Position numbers and translations under genes: made by a program. A stretch of 58,913 bases of DNA, filler included, from Asterionella formosa (lineage: Eukaryota): NCBI GenBank assembly GCA_002256025.1. It is 5 parts of 5 records of this genome, joined end to end, with 100 filler letters (N's around TTAATTAATTAA, not from the genome) between each part and the next. Parts side by side here need not be neighbours in the genome. Positions count along the whole stretch, not along the records: positions 35,436 to 47,126 come from NKIB01008242.1; positions 47,227 to 58,913 come from NKIB01008243.1; 3 more parts are not named here. One strand, given 5' to 3'. The notes beneath the pieces were generated by a model, which was given only the letters and a program-made list of their open reading frames with translations, ran no database searches and was not told the origin of the DNA. Below are positions 45,870-58,522 of this stretch, one piece after another. Each line of letters begins with the position of its first letter. Positions within the stretch are counted from its first letter, which is position 1.

Positions 45870-47126
45870 TTGAAATCTAATGCAGCTTGTGGAGTCGCAC
45901 TAGGGCCCATATGGGCCCCAAGGGAATGACGAGTGAGGGTGAGTCCATTTTGGGACTCTTAGGGGTTGCAGATTGGAGGCAAAACAACTGTAGAGATATT
46001 GAGCAATGGCAAGGAGCCCATTCTGGAGATCTTACATGGTTTGGAATCATGTGTAGAAAAGTAGAGGGGAAAGAGAGCAGACTGGAAGGCCAATCAATAA
46101 ATTAAGAGCAAATATGAAAACTGCATGGTCCATTTGGGAGAATTGTTATGAAACGAGAATCCCGGAATTGGAATGATCAATATAAGTAGTGAAGCCTGAT
46201 AAAGACTTGATACGAGAGCAAGAGAGAAGGGTCTTGGGAGACACAGAAAGTATTTGTGGCAAACAGTATGGCCATTTCGATTAATTTGAATTGTGAAGAA
46301 GCCTGGCAGTCTATTGCCAAGCAGGAGAAAACGCAGGATGAAGAAGAAGGTTAGAGCGGCCTCCCTGTTGGAATCCAGAGGGAGGATAGAATGCAGGTTA
46401 AATCGAGGTAGGAGCAGCAAAGATATGTGGGTGGCTGGAGAGGATCAATAGGAAATGACACATTGAATCGAGGTAGGAGCAGCAAGGATATGTGGGTGGA
46501 GAACATCAATAAGAAATGACACAGTGATGGGGGGAGCAGGGTTCATATTCCCCCATTTGAGACTACAATCTCTATTTTGCCGACATCTCACGAATAAATA
46601 CAGAAAAACAATTCTTTTTTGTGTGATGTCGAAAATTCATCATTGCTTTCACAGACGGAAGTGAATGTACTGATTTTGGATGGCTGTCCTCGAGTTGAAT
46701 ATGTCATGGATACAGGCTTGTTCGACCCCTTAGCCCACCTGAAACTAAATACGAAACGCATTGTCAAGGGTCTGAAGGAGCAACGTGACCACATAGGAAG
46801 AATGGAATTCTTTCATTTCGTCTTCTTGTTCCCTATTTAAGGAATGGCAAATGGGAAAAATCCCAACTTGCTTGACTTCACATTGGATGTCGAAAATGAA
46901 AGCAAGAGTTATCAAAGGACGGAAGAAAATGGATGAGCAAGAGCCCGATGACCAGCATCAAGGAAAGAATATCCCATCATGGTCATGCAGTGAGCACTGA
47001 GAGTAGCAAATGGTAAAGCTTTGGTGAAGTGGTCCGCATAATTGTGAGCAGATGACACACGGTGAAAAGAGACTCGACCATGGCGAACATGTTCCTGGAT
47101 AGCCTGTGTCTTAGTGGCTATATGAC
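45870..47126 (-). mobile_element. 3' end of a Ty1/copia retrotransposon (RNase H C-terminus 47126-46912, putative PPT and 3' LTR)
   Basis: HIATKTQAIQEHVRHGRVSFHRVSSAHNYADHFTKALP is a copia RNase H tail; minus-strand GGGGGAATA-TG at about 46554-46544 resembles PPT plus LTR start. The distal LTR limit is uncertain. Confidence 0.65.
46401..46523. repeat. Imperfect tandem duplication (about 65-bp period) inside the putative LTR
   Basis: aatcgaggtaggagcagcaa.gatatgtgggtgg...gaaatgacaca occurs twice. Confidence 0.85.
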
Positions 47127-47226
47127 NNNNNNNNNNNNNNNNNNNNNNNNNNNNNNNNNNNNNNNNNNNNTTAATTAATTAANNNNNNNNNNNNNNNNNN
47201 NNNNNNNNNNNNNNNNNNNNNNNNNN
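47127..47226. other. Assembly gap with artificial linker
   Basis: N-run with TTAATTAATTAA. Confidence 0.97.
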
Positions 47227-48844
47227 TTTTCAAAGTTTACCTAACATTCTACTTTGAAGGATAATTATTGGCGATTCGCATCTTCATTTACGAAAAAAGA
47301 TAAAGTAAGCAAAGTAGTCGTCTGTAAATAGGAAACATCTTATTTGTTTGATGCATCTTATAATGACAATTACGATCATACGATCAAATAATTTCAAAAT
47401 GTCTTCTAATACATATGATAATTATCATCATTGAGAATATTGTAAGTATAAATATATAGATTCATGTTTTTATGTAATGTTTACCACCATCACACTACAT
47501 CAATCAGCAATTGCTCAATCAATTGACTTTCACTACAAGCCTGTAATCTAAGTCCAAGGCAAATCAATGTACATGAGTCTTCATATTCTTTAAAAGGTCT
47601 TTGATAACCACTGGAACATGTTGAAGCATAGCACTGCTGCTGCTGTAGTGCTGGATTGAGTTGGCCAGAGTTATGGCATGACATGGTAAGCCAACATGTA
47701 CTGATGAGCTCAAATAGAAAAATTTCGGTCCTCTGATAGATATGATATAACGATTCCCCTTGCCCGCTTTGTTTCTCTTTCAGTGACAGGTTTCGCTCGA
47801 TATGCCCCTTTGGCACAGGCAGCACACATATATGTAACTCCCGGCCTCTCTACTACAAGCAATTTCTGCATGACGACACTTCGGTGTAAACATGATGACC
47901 TCAAGGCAACTAACTCCAAGCTTGGTCCCAGCCAATGTGCTCATCATCATTCCTTTTTTCTCTTTCAAGATGTCAGTACACATTGACATGATGTGTCTGG
48001 TTGACGATTTCATGTGCATCTTGCCGTCGACTTAAAGTGGTATCATTGTAAGGTACGGTTTTGCCGTCAATCAACCCTCTTTTCCGAAAGACTTGCATTA
48101 ACCCCTTCACCTTGTCTTCCCAGCAACCTTCCTTGACTTATGCTCCTTGACTTGTAGTTTAAATTTCATTGAGTTTACCCTTTGGTGTTAGCTCCTCCTC
48201 TTAGTAAGCAAGGTCAGCGATCAATTACAACCGAGTTCAAGGTGTTTTTATTGCAATACTAGGGACATCATATCAGCATGAACGTCGCTAACCAGGACTC
48301 ATCCAGAATGGACCAATTTGAACAGGCTGGACTAGAAGATATTAAGTGGTGCTTAAGTTAAAGTAAATAAGCGTGTGGTGCTTAAGATAAAAGTAAATAA
48401 ACGTTTTGTGCTTTAGTTGAGAGTAAATACCGGTAAGCGTTTGGTACTAAGGCCGCTGCTAACCGTGGACAAAAACGCCGACCAAACAGTATTTCAGTTT
48501 CTGTAACCCTAAAATGCGATGCTAACGGGAGTGAAAATCCCAACACAAACGCGTTGTTCTTTGCATTACTGTCACATAGGAGATTCCGTGCCTAAATGCA
48601 TCCCAATAAGTTTTACCTAGCTAACCGCATGATTACCACGTTGTTTGTGTAACTTTTGTCCAAAGTTGTTACCTACACAAAGTAAGTAACAGTAGGACTT
48701 CTTGTTGACTTCTTAGAATGTAGCAAGCACAAACCCAATTACGACACCGGTATTCTGCTGACCCTTGAAACAGTATGTAATACATAAAGGTATACTGGTA
48801 TAAGTCATCTTCCATCGTTCATTGTTCATCATGCATCGTCATTA

Positions 48845-49094
48845 TGATAAATACGGGAACAAGATTGCTCGGGTTCTCCAGGGAATTGGTGACTTACCGC
48901 TTACCGCACCAACTGATGAATCAGATATCCATAGTACTTGATGGGTACTGGTACAACGTGGTTGTACCATCTACGTAGATACATACTAACCTAGTAAAAA
49001 GTACTGCTGGAACGGCCTCAAGTCACAACTTGTTGGACCTACCTTTACAGCAGGGCACTAACAGGCCAATTCGTCTTTAGATAGCATCTTATCA
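48845..49094 (+). repeat. 5' LTR (250 bp)
   Basis: Direct repeat of 53854-54103 with TG...CA ends. Confidence 0.95.
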
Positions 49095-49894
49095 GATTAT
49101 GAGACCGAGTCTACTAGTTCATGAGCCGACGAAGAGTGACTAGTAGAACCATGGATCCGAAAGTGGTGGAATTGTCTGGAATGACTCAACATGAGTTGGA
49201 AACACTCGCGAACGCCGGTGTGACAAATACAGACAACCTTTCCGTCCTCGAAGAAGCGGACATCGTCCAGTTACTTCCCAACTCTTCTATCCTGCTTAGG
49301 CGCAAGTTGGCAAGACTTGGAACATTTCTCGCAAGAGGACATATCGTAAACGTCCAAAAAACTATGCAGAATGTCATGGTGACACTAAGCATGCCCATGG
49401 CCACTACGGCACAAGCAGTTGTACCAGCAGTGACAGCCATGTCTGTAGACCCTACGCGTGGGGCCCCGAAAATATATGTTGATGCACTCAAGGATTTTTC
49501 CGGGGATCCAATTGACTGGGAGAAATGGTACATTGGTACAGGTGCAACACTTGGGCAGACGGCATATGCAACACTTTTGAAAGATACAGGCAAGCCAGTA
49601 AAAAATGATACAGTAGGTATGATGGCACGTGACCGTGAATTATACAACATGCTGAAGAAAGCACTGTATAAGGGGACTGCACATCACATAATTGATGCAA
49701 ATGGGCTCCAGAGTGGACATGATGCCTGGACTGGATTAAAGATGTGGTATGGAAAAGCAGAAGTATCAAGGACCCTTATTGATCACTACAGGAATCAACT
49801 CAATGAGTTATGACTGTCCAATAAGGTGAAAGCTAACGAGTACATAAACATGTTCATTCTCTGCAGTCGAAAGTTGGAAGATAAACATGAAGGC

Positions 49895-49998
49895 TACACT
49901 GAAGCAACAAAGCGGACTAAATTCCTTGATCAAATTGAGGATGAAGTACACTGAAGCAACAAAGCGGACTAAATTCCTTGATCAAATTGAGGATGAAG
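49895..49998 (+). repeat. 52-bp tandem duplication frameshifting gag
   Basis: tacactgaagcaacaaagcggactaaattccttgatcaaattgaggatgaag at 49895 and 49947. Confidence 0.92.
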
Positions 49999-52900
49999 AC
50001 TATGATGTTTGCGTTCAGAACCTTCGTGGTGACACCAACAAGACTTTTGATGAGTGTGTTCAATGTATTCGGAGCAGAGAACAGAAATTGGAATGATTCT
50101 CACGAGAGAGTTCCACCAAGGCAAGGCGCGCAACAACTTCTACAGGTAAAGGCGTAGCCACACCTAAATCATCTAAAGACAACCAAATTCCTTTCCTCCC
50201 CACACACTTACTCAATACAATTAAATCCAATTCTATCAAGAAAGATCTATTTAAGTGGAGAAGTGTCTGGAATAATGAAGGAAGGGCAATTCGTGTCGAC
50301 GAGTTGACTGGCACCAATGGAGATGCCAAGAAAGATGACAACTCAGTCGAATCTGACGGGGGATGCCACTCCAAGAACCAGCCAAAGACAAGAAAGCGCA
50401 AGAAGAAGGCTAGAAGGACAAAGACCTCAGCTTCTGGATTATGCGATACGGCTACACCTCATGTCAAAATCAAGGACTCTGATGACAAAGACAGTGAGGA
50501 TGATGGAGATGATAGTGACCAGGAAATAAATCCTACAACAAGTACCCAAAAGAAGAAATCTAAGAAGGAGACTCCCAGGAAGAAGAAAAAGGGACGTCGC
50601 AACCCAGTAATCCGACGTGGACGCATTCCGGGGGAAGCAGCAAGGGTTGTGCTTGATGGAGGAACTGAATTTGAGGTCATTGGCGGAGTCGGATGGAGAG
50701 ATCTGGAAAAAGTGAGCAAGAGCGCAAAACTGCATGATTGGTAGGCCAATATGGATGGACCTACTCTTCCAATTGTCAATGCAGTCACTGCTTTTGAACA
50801 TCCAGAAACAAAAGAAACCTATTTACTTGGGTTGGGGGAAGCAGCCTTTGATGAAAGACCAGAACAAACAAAAGCGCTGATCAACACTCATATGATGAGG
50901 CGTAATATTGTTATTGTTCATGACATTTCTGAACAGGATGGCGGTTTGCAATGCATTGAGGTTGACAACATTCAGATTAAATTATAGTTCACTGATGATG
51001 AAAAACTTCTTACATTCAATGTTCGCCTACCTACAATCGAAGAAGCAAACTCCCACACAATTCATTGGTTGACACCACAAATTCCCAGCAACTCATCTGA
51101 GTTGTTGAAGCAGTCATCTAGGAGGGGGCGCGGAAGCATTGTTGAAGAGGAGCTAACTCTATGGGAGAAACGTCTTGGAAATTCAACTGAGATTGTAACC
51201 AAGAAGACACTCCAAGCAACAACACAGCTCTGCACCCAAACAGTTGAAATGGAGAATAGAGAAGCACCGATACAGCATCGAAAGAAGCGTCTAATTCTTT
51301 TTCATCCTAATCGACTCGATGGCAGGACAGATTCGGATAGGTTTTTCTCCTCTATCAAGTCTATCCAGAACTACTCATGTGTGCAACTCTTCATTCATAT
51401 TCCATCGCAATTTCTGTTTGCACGTTGTATGTTTAGAGAGGCACATTCACATGGAGCATACCGGGATTTTGTACGTGAGGTTGGAGCTCCCAACATTTTG
51501 TTGACTGATAACTCTCAAACTCAGTCTGGCACATTGTGGACTAACACAAGCCGGGAAAACATCACAAAACAAATCAATTCTGTCCCACACAACCAAAACC
51601 AGAACCAGGCAGAGCTCAAGATTCGGGACATTAAATCTCGAACTATTTTATCTCTACGCTTGGCAAAAGCTCCACTGACGTTCTGGTGCTATTTCATGAT
51701 GTGGGTTATTGATTGCCTAAATCATTCAGCACATAAGGGACTGGATTGGGGGACTCCCATTGAGAAACTTTATGGAAGAGCTCCAGACATTTCTGTGTTT
51801 CGATTTTCCTTCTGGCAAGCAATCTATTACTATGAGCCAACAGCCAAGTACCCCAACCCAAACTTTCTTCTAGGAAGGTTTGTTGGTATCGCATGGAACC
51901 ATGGAGATGCATTCACTTATCGCATTTGGACATGTCCTGATGGTAATTAGGAAAAAGGTGTTGAACTCATTCGTAATATTGTTCGACCACGAAAGGAAAC
52001 TTCAGCTGAGCCTTACAGTGATGAGGTACCTTATGGTGACCTTACGCTCAAGTCCAGAATAACAAAAATGAAGGATCGTAAACGCAAAAGGAACGCTCCC
52101 ACCAGTCCTATTCCTGAACCTCTAGATGAACCAGAGGATCACGATCCTATTCGTCTAGTTCATTTTGCTCCTACTCCTCAGATCATTGAAAAATCAAAGG
52201 GCTAGAGGAGCAGGAATGTTTGAATTTAAGAAGCCAGATTTTAACCCTGGAGTCGGATATCAATGGACAACACTGACAGTGATCTTTGACGTCAAACAAG
52301 ATCTACGGCGCAAGGCAAGACTTGTGGCTGGCGGACATCTAGTTGACGCACTTGACAACAATATTTACTCTTCAACTGTGAAAAGGCATAAGTGTTAGAA
52401 TGCTACATGTGATTGCACACAAGCAGAACTTGAAGCTGCTTTGTGGCGATGTTGGAAATGCTTACGTCAATGCATACACTAATGAGCTAGTATACTCCCG
52501 TGCTGGACCAGAATTTGGAGAGGAGTTCTTGAGGGGATCAATCATTCTCATCCGAAAAGCACTATATGGTTTGAGATCAAGCTCTGAGCGTTGGTGGGCG
52601 CATTTTGTGGACACGATCCGGGGAATGGGGTTCCAGCCAACTAGGTACAACAAAGATGTGTGGTACAAGATGAGCAATGATACTTCACACTATGAATATA
52701 TCTGCACCCACTCAGATGCCTTCATGATAGTGTCGAAGACTCCTGAAGTAATTATGGAAGAACTCAAGCAGGTCTATACGATCAAGTCTGAAGGTCCTCC
52801 AGAATATTACCTTGGGAACGACTTCAAGAAGGACAAGAAGGGCAGGTGGTGTTTTGGATGCAAGAAATACATACAAGAGTCGATTGCAAGAATTGAGGTG

Positions 52901-53853
52901 GTGTTTGGTGTGCAACCCAAAAGTACAATTCCAATGAGTGCAAATGATCATCCAGAACTCGATGACACCACACTACTTAGTGATGACGAACATCGAAAGT
53001 TTCAGATGTTAATTGGCATGTTTAATTGGGTAGTAACAATTGGGAGATTGGACGTCACACACGCCACAATGGCATTGTCAAGATTCTCTGCATGTCCAAG
53101 AAAAGGACACCTTGAGCGGGTATTGAAAGTGTTTGGCTTCCTTAAGAGGAGGCCAAATAGGCGAATTGTTGTGGATTCTAGGTCGCCTGACTTCTCAGGA
53201 TTTGAGGAAGATTTTTCTAAAGACTACGCAAGTATTCTTGGTGAAGACTACCCTGAAGCATCTGAGGAGGTTGACTGCAACCTACCAAAGCCATTGGTCG
53301 ATGAGTTGGACATAACTGTGTTTGTTGACTCAGATCATGCCCATGACAAGATCACACGCAGGTCAGTGACCGGTTTGATTATATTCGTTGGAAGAACACC
53401 TGTATTCTTTATGAGTAGGCGACAAGGAGCAGTGGAGACATCAACATACGGCGCTGAGTTTTGTGCTATGCGCATTACAGTTGAAGAAACCATAGCTATT
53501 CGTTATATGCTACGCTCAATGGGAGTGCGGGTGGCTCATGCTTCATACCTGTTTGGTGACAATCTTGGAGTAGTTCAGAATGTTACTATCAAGGATAGTT
53601 TGTTGAAGAAGAAACATGCTGCCATCTCATATCACAAGGTGAGGGAGGCGGCGGCATGCGCAATTGTACATCCAGTCAAGATTGATGGAAGGTATAATTT
53701 TGCAGATGTGCTCACCAAGGCCCAGACTAACAAGGTGTTTGCCATGTTAGTTGGGGAGGTGATGCATGGATAGGGATTAGGGATTTGCATATTCTATGCA
53801 AGTATTATTCTATTATGGTCAATCAAACTATTGGGTTATTGATTCAAGAGGAG

Positions 53854-54103
53854 TGATAAATACGGGAACGAGATTGCTCGGGTTCTCCGGGGAATTGGTG
53901 ACTTAACGCTTACCGCACCAACTGATGAATCAGATATCCATAGTACTTGATGGGTACTGGTACAAAGTGGTTGTACCATCTACGTAGATACATACTAACC
54001 TAGTAAAAAGTACTGCTGGAACGGCCTCAAGTCACAACTTGTTGGACCTACCTTTACAGCAGGGCACTAACAGGCCAATTCGTCTTTAGATAGCATCTTA
54101 TCA
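53854..54103 (+). repeat. 3' LTR (250 bp)
   Basis: Direct repeat of 48845-49094, preceded by a polypurine tract. Confidence 0.95.
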
Positions 54104-54859
54104 ATTACTTCAGCAACAACTACAACAAATCGCTGATAATTTGACGATAGTGATCATGACATCTTTCCCTCAATTGCTATTGTATACTAATCAAATGCAT
54201 AGAATCGAATTGTCGCTAGCTTATTGTAAACTATTTTAATTGAAGCTTCTACATTCGTTTAGAAACTCACAAGTGGGCTCGACCAACGACAAAGAACGAT
54301 TTCTCGATGCCTCGTCGTCGCATTGAAACGCGTCTTATTCATACATATGCGCCGTCCTACAATGCTCCTTTGTCTACAAACAAAAATTGATTTGTAATTC
54401 ACCATTTATCTGTTTAGAATAGTTGGATCATGTGATTGTCATCGTCATATTGTTGCTTCAACCACCAATTCACCTTACTCAGAGTAAATTTCAATTGAGT
54501 AAATAATTGCTATAAAAATTAACTAATTCCCGTATAGGAATCGTTCTATTTCATTTGTAGAAATAGTACCGTAGTCGATGGGCTGACAAGAACATTTATG
54601 TAGCTCCCCTCCATCCTGCTTCTACCGATACCTGGTCCATAACCCTAAGGGGTGGGCTGAAAAAACCATCCCCTAACCCTAATGTAATTAGAAGTTCGTT
54701 TGCTGCTTAAGTTTAAGCAAGATTCACGTTTGCTGCGTAAGGTTAAGCAAGGTGTCGATTTCTTGCTCAAGTTTAAGCAAGGTGTCAGTTTCCTGTGTGA
54801 CCAAGTAGCTTTTGAACGAACTTCCATTTTCGATTGAGTTGCAGCATTCAATACAGGTT

Positions 54860-55363
54860 TTTATCTGCATACACATTGTCTGATGCAACTCTCATTCCCT
54901 TTGTTGGCTCACAACGTGATGATCCAACACAGGATACATTTAAGTTTTTCCTTTCACAGCTGAGGATAAGAATAGATGTGGCATTTGGTCTTTTTCAGAC
55001 AAAATGGTGTGTCTGAAAAAACTATTGACAAGCTTGGAAACATCTGCACGTATTCTTGATTCATGTGCTCGACTTCATAATTATGTGATTAATGAGAAGA
55101 TAATTGATAACGAGATGATGGATGATAATCAAATACTTACAGAGATAATTATATATAATCAAATACTTTCAGAGATAATTCCAGTCAGTTTTTCACCCCT
55201 TGTTTGGGGCTACTTACCAACTGTAAAACCATTCTGTATATTGCCTGGAAGCTCTATGATACGAGATGTGATTCTTACCAGATTACGAACCTTGGGCTTG
55301 CAACAACCTCCTGTCAATATAGAGTGGAGAAGGAAAGAATTACATGAAATAAATTTAATGTAG
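54860..55363 (+). pseudogene. PIF/Harbinger (DDE_Tnp_4) transposase C-terminal relic
   Basis: AYTLSDATLIPF...FKFFLSQLRIRIDVAFGLFQTKW, frameshift, then ILDSCARLHNYVINE. The catalytic Glu position reads Asp. Confidence 0.8.
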
Positions 55364-55399
55364 ACAGATAAATAATTGATTCATTAGCTGGATTTAATC

Positions 55400-56705
55400 T
55401 GATACTTCACCTTCTGAAAGTAGTTGAAAATGGTGATCCAGCTTTCTCTTGCTTGCTTGCGTATCTTAATTTATAATCGAGCCTGAGCTACATCAGAATT
55501 TTCGGAGTCATGCCCATGATTTTCCAACTCTTCCAAATCCTTCCAAGCATTCTTGAGAAGACTTTTATAGAGATCCAGAACTTCTAGGGTCTCGTTTTTG
55601 AGTCTTGGCGCTGCTGAAGACTGAAGCACTTGAAGTTTCACTGCATTTACTTGTTCAAAACACTCTAATGCATTTGCCATTTGTAACATAGAAGAGGAAT
55701 GATGAGAATGATTGGATGAAGAAGATGAAAACTTTCCTTTCTTCGAGCCAACAGGATTCGATGATAAAGAAGAAGAATTATAAATATCTTTACTTTCACT
55801 GAATGATGATTTTGGAAGCAATGGAACAGCAAAATTGAGAAGGTGAGGAACTTCGCACAACCAGAAATGGTAGTAATATATAAGTCGGCTTCCATCAAAA
55901 TTAGCAAAATCACCATGACTTACTGACTTTTTGTTGCTCCTGTATGCAATTTGGTAATGATAGTTTGCTCACACATGCACACATTCAGGATGACACGAAA
56001 ATATGTGTTGGCACAAGTGACACTGCTTGGAGGAGTTGATTTCGCTACCACTGTAACCTTCTTTGCAACATGAGGAGGAAGAGTCAATAATTTTTCATCA
56101 TCATCACTGCTACTAGTATGCGAATTAAGAACATAGTCAGGGTCTTTGTTGGCTCCAGCATCTGCCTTCTCTTTCTGTGAATCAGAGTCCATATCAACAT
56201 TGCCACGACTCTTTGCTTCATCTTCAATAATAGATTCATATTATTGCTGTTGTTTTTGTGGATGTCGATCACTTCATTAGTATATGTGATCATAGGAGGG
56301 CATAGTTGACCAAACAGCCAGTCTCTTTTCAGTAAACGAATAATTAAGGAAATAGTGAAGTCCTTCTTGCCATTCCTGTACCCTGACACTTTAAATCTCA
56401 CGCAAATTTTTCGAAGGACCTTGACAGATATGTGTATTATGTCAATTCCTTTTACATGAATCAATCTCAGCCCACTTTCATCCAGAATAAAGTCACACGG
56501 TCAAGTGTACCAGCAGTTGGAGGTATTTTATTTTCAGATGGACCCATCTCGTCAATATCAAGTGTACCAGCAGTTGGAGGTATTTTCTTTTCAGGTGGAC
56601 CCATCTCGTCAATGTCAAGTGTACCAGCAGTTGGAGGTATTTTCTTTTCAGGTGGACCCATCTTGTCAATGTCAAGTTATGCTGCTCTGCTGCAATATCA
56701 TGCTG
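55400..56705 (-). pseudogene. Decayed second ORF convergent with the Harbinger transposase (probable accessory protein)
   Basis: Frameshifted fragments VKGIDIIHISVKVLRKICVRFKVSGYRNGKK, NTYFRVILNV and LKNETLEVLDLYKSL; tail-to-tail with the transposase, as is common for two-ORF Harbingers. Confidence 0.55.
56501..56677. repeat. 57-bp tandem repeat, three copies (19-aa in-frame repeat DIDEMGPPEKKIPPTAGTL on the minus strand)
   Basis: tcaagtgtaccagcagttggaggtatttt...gtcaat at 56501, 56558 and 56615. Confidence 0.92.
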
Positions 56706-57490
56706 CCTTCACCATATAATGAACGAAAGAGTCGCCAATTCCGATTCACTTATTATTTTTTCTGCTCCAACATATTTCTTTGAACTCAACTGGCAAATAA
56801 CAACACATGCAAGAGGAAGATTCACACAGTAGCATTCAGCACACGGAGTAGTATTTGCTGTTGTAGATAAATTGTTTAGACACTGTTGATTGTAGAGTTT
56901 ACAATAGCCTGCCAGATTAGAAATAAAGCACCATTGTTGGTCCTCGTTGAGCATCGTTGAGCATTGCATGTCGACGTAGTGAGTCGAAATTGAGATGTGA
57001 CACAATGGCATTCTCCCCTTCGGAGCAGCTAGCAATAGTCTTAATCGATAACTTTAGCAAACAAAATATAGGAAAAGAAGGAAAGGATGAGTAGCTGACA
57101 ACAATTAAATTCGCAAATTCGTTAAGAAACAGCTGTTGCATATTTAACATTCATTTTATGTCGCCATAGTGAGTCAAAATTGAGATGTGCCACAATAGCA
57201 TTCTACTTTTCCGATAGGCTAGATTACTTCTATATTAATAACTGTAGCAATAACAAATTGGTCAAAAAGTCAAGGACCAAGGAGATGAGGACTATCAACT
57301 TCATTGAATTCAACCACTCCATAATCTGTATTTTTCGCAATATTTCTATTTAGTAGATGGATGCAATTTGGTAGAGAATAATAGCTCTGAGTTTTGGTGC
57401 ATTCCTGTTGATGTACTAACTATCATCACGGCATACTAGCACATCCTATTGTAGTAAATCGAAAATGAGAAGTGCCACAATCGCCATCTA

Positions 57491-58522
57491 CACATCCTGA
57501 TGCCTCCTTTGATCAACATATGTTCGTCATGAGCATATCGACATTCGCCTTGAAGGCACTGATCTTGTGTACAATTCTATACTGGATTTGAATCGGCCTA
57601 AAATTGGTGAAAAAAGATTGTTTTGAATTTTTGCTGCCAAAGCACTGATCTAATGATCAGTCCACCATCACCGAAAATTTACAAAATTTACATGTCCTGA
57701 TGCCTCCTTTGAACAGTATATGTTCTTTCTCGGAATATCGACATTCGCCATGACGGCATTGATCTCTTGTACATCGAATATTATGCCGTATATAAATCGG
57801 CTTTAAAATGGTGGAGAAAGGTGGCTTGGATTTTTTGTTGCCACAGCACTGATGATCAGTCCACAGTAGGCATCGAAAATTTACACATCCTGAGGATGCC
57901 TCCTTTGATCAATATATATTCGTTCTCAGAATATCTACATTCACCATGACGATATTGATCTCTTGTTCATCGAATACTATGTTGGATATAAATCAGCCTT
58001 AAAATAGCTAGTGAAGAAAAATGGTTTGGAATTTCCGTTGCTACAACACTGGTCATGCCGCAGCAGTCCACAGCAAGGACCGAAAATTTACACACCATCC
58101 TGATGACCAATTTGATCAATATACAATGTTTGTTCTGGGAATATCGATATTCGAAATGACGGCACTGAGCTCGTGTACATCGAATACTATGCTGGATATT
58201 AATCGGCCTATAAATTGGTCGAGAACGATTGTTTTGAATTTTTGCTGCCACAGCACTGATCTCATGATCAGTCCACAAGCAGCAAAAACTTACACATCCT
58301 GATGCCTCCTTTGATCAATACATGTTGGGTTCTCAGAATATCGCCATTCGCCATGACGACATTGATCTCTTGTAGATCGAATACTATGCCGGATAAAAAT
58401 CAGCCTTAAAATGGTGGAGAAGGATGGCTTGGAATTTCCGTTGCTACAGCACTGGTCATGCAGCAGCAGTCCACAGCAAGCACCGAAATTTTACGCATCC
58501 TGATGACGAATTTTATCAATAC
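57491..58522. repeat. Diverged satellite array with about 200-bp period (just over five units)
   Basis: Anchor cacatcctgatgcctcctttgatcaa or close variants at about 57491, 57691, 57884, 58094, 58293 and 58495; gcactga/cagtccac motifs recur at the same phase. Confidence 0.88.

Larger units (their letters stand above)
48845..54103 (+). mobile_element. Near-complete but inactivated Ty1/copia (CoDi-like) LTR retrotransposon
   Basis: LTRs 48845-49094 and 53854-54103 (250 bp, TGATAA...TTATCA, 4 mismatches by eye); ATTA on both flanks; PPT AAGAGGAG 53846-53853. Order is gag (49121-), integrase (TDSDRFFS, LLTDNS, NQAE), RT (KARLVAGGH, DVGNAY, KALYGL), RNase H (FVDSDHA...ADVLTK, stop 53773). Multiple stops and frameshifts. 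Confidence 0.95.

Noticed and set aside
11730..47226. Identical TTAATTAATTAA palindromes inside four N-runs
   Set aside because: Artificial stop-in-all-frames scaffold linker, not biology. It also means adjacency and distance across these gaps are unverified, and these TTAAs are not transposon TSDs.
47490..48240. Short overlapping ORFs left of the copia element
   Set aside because: No recognisable domain and frequent stops; cannot be assigned from the sequence alone.
54640..54683. TAACCC units suggesting a telomere
   Set aside because: Only two non-tandem copies; not a telomeric array.
56501..58522. Regularly spaced repeats that could suggest a CRISPR array
   Set aside because: Whole units are repeated with no unique spacers, there are no cas genes, and the context is eukaryotic.
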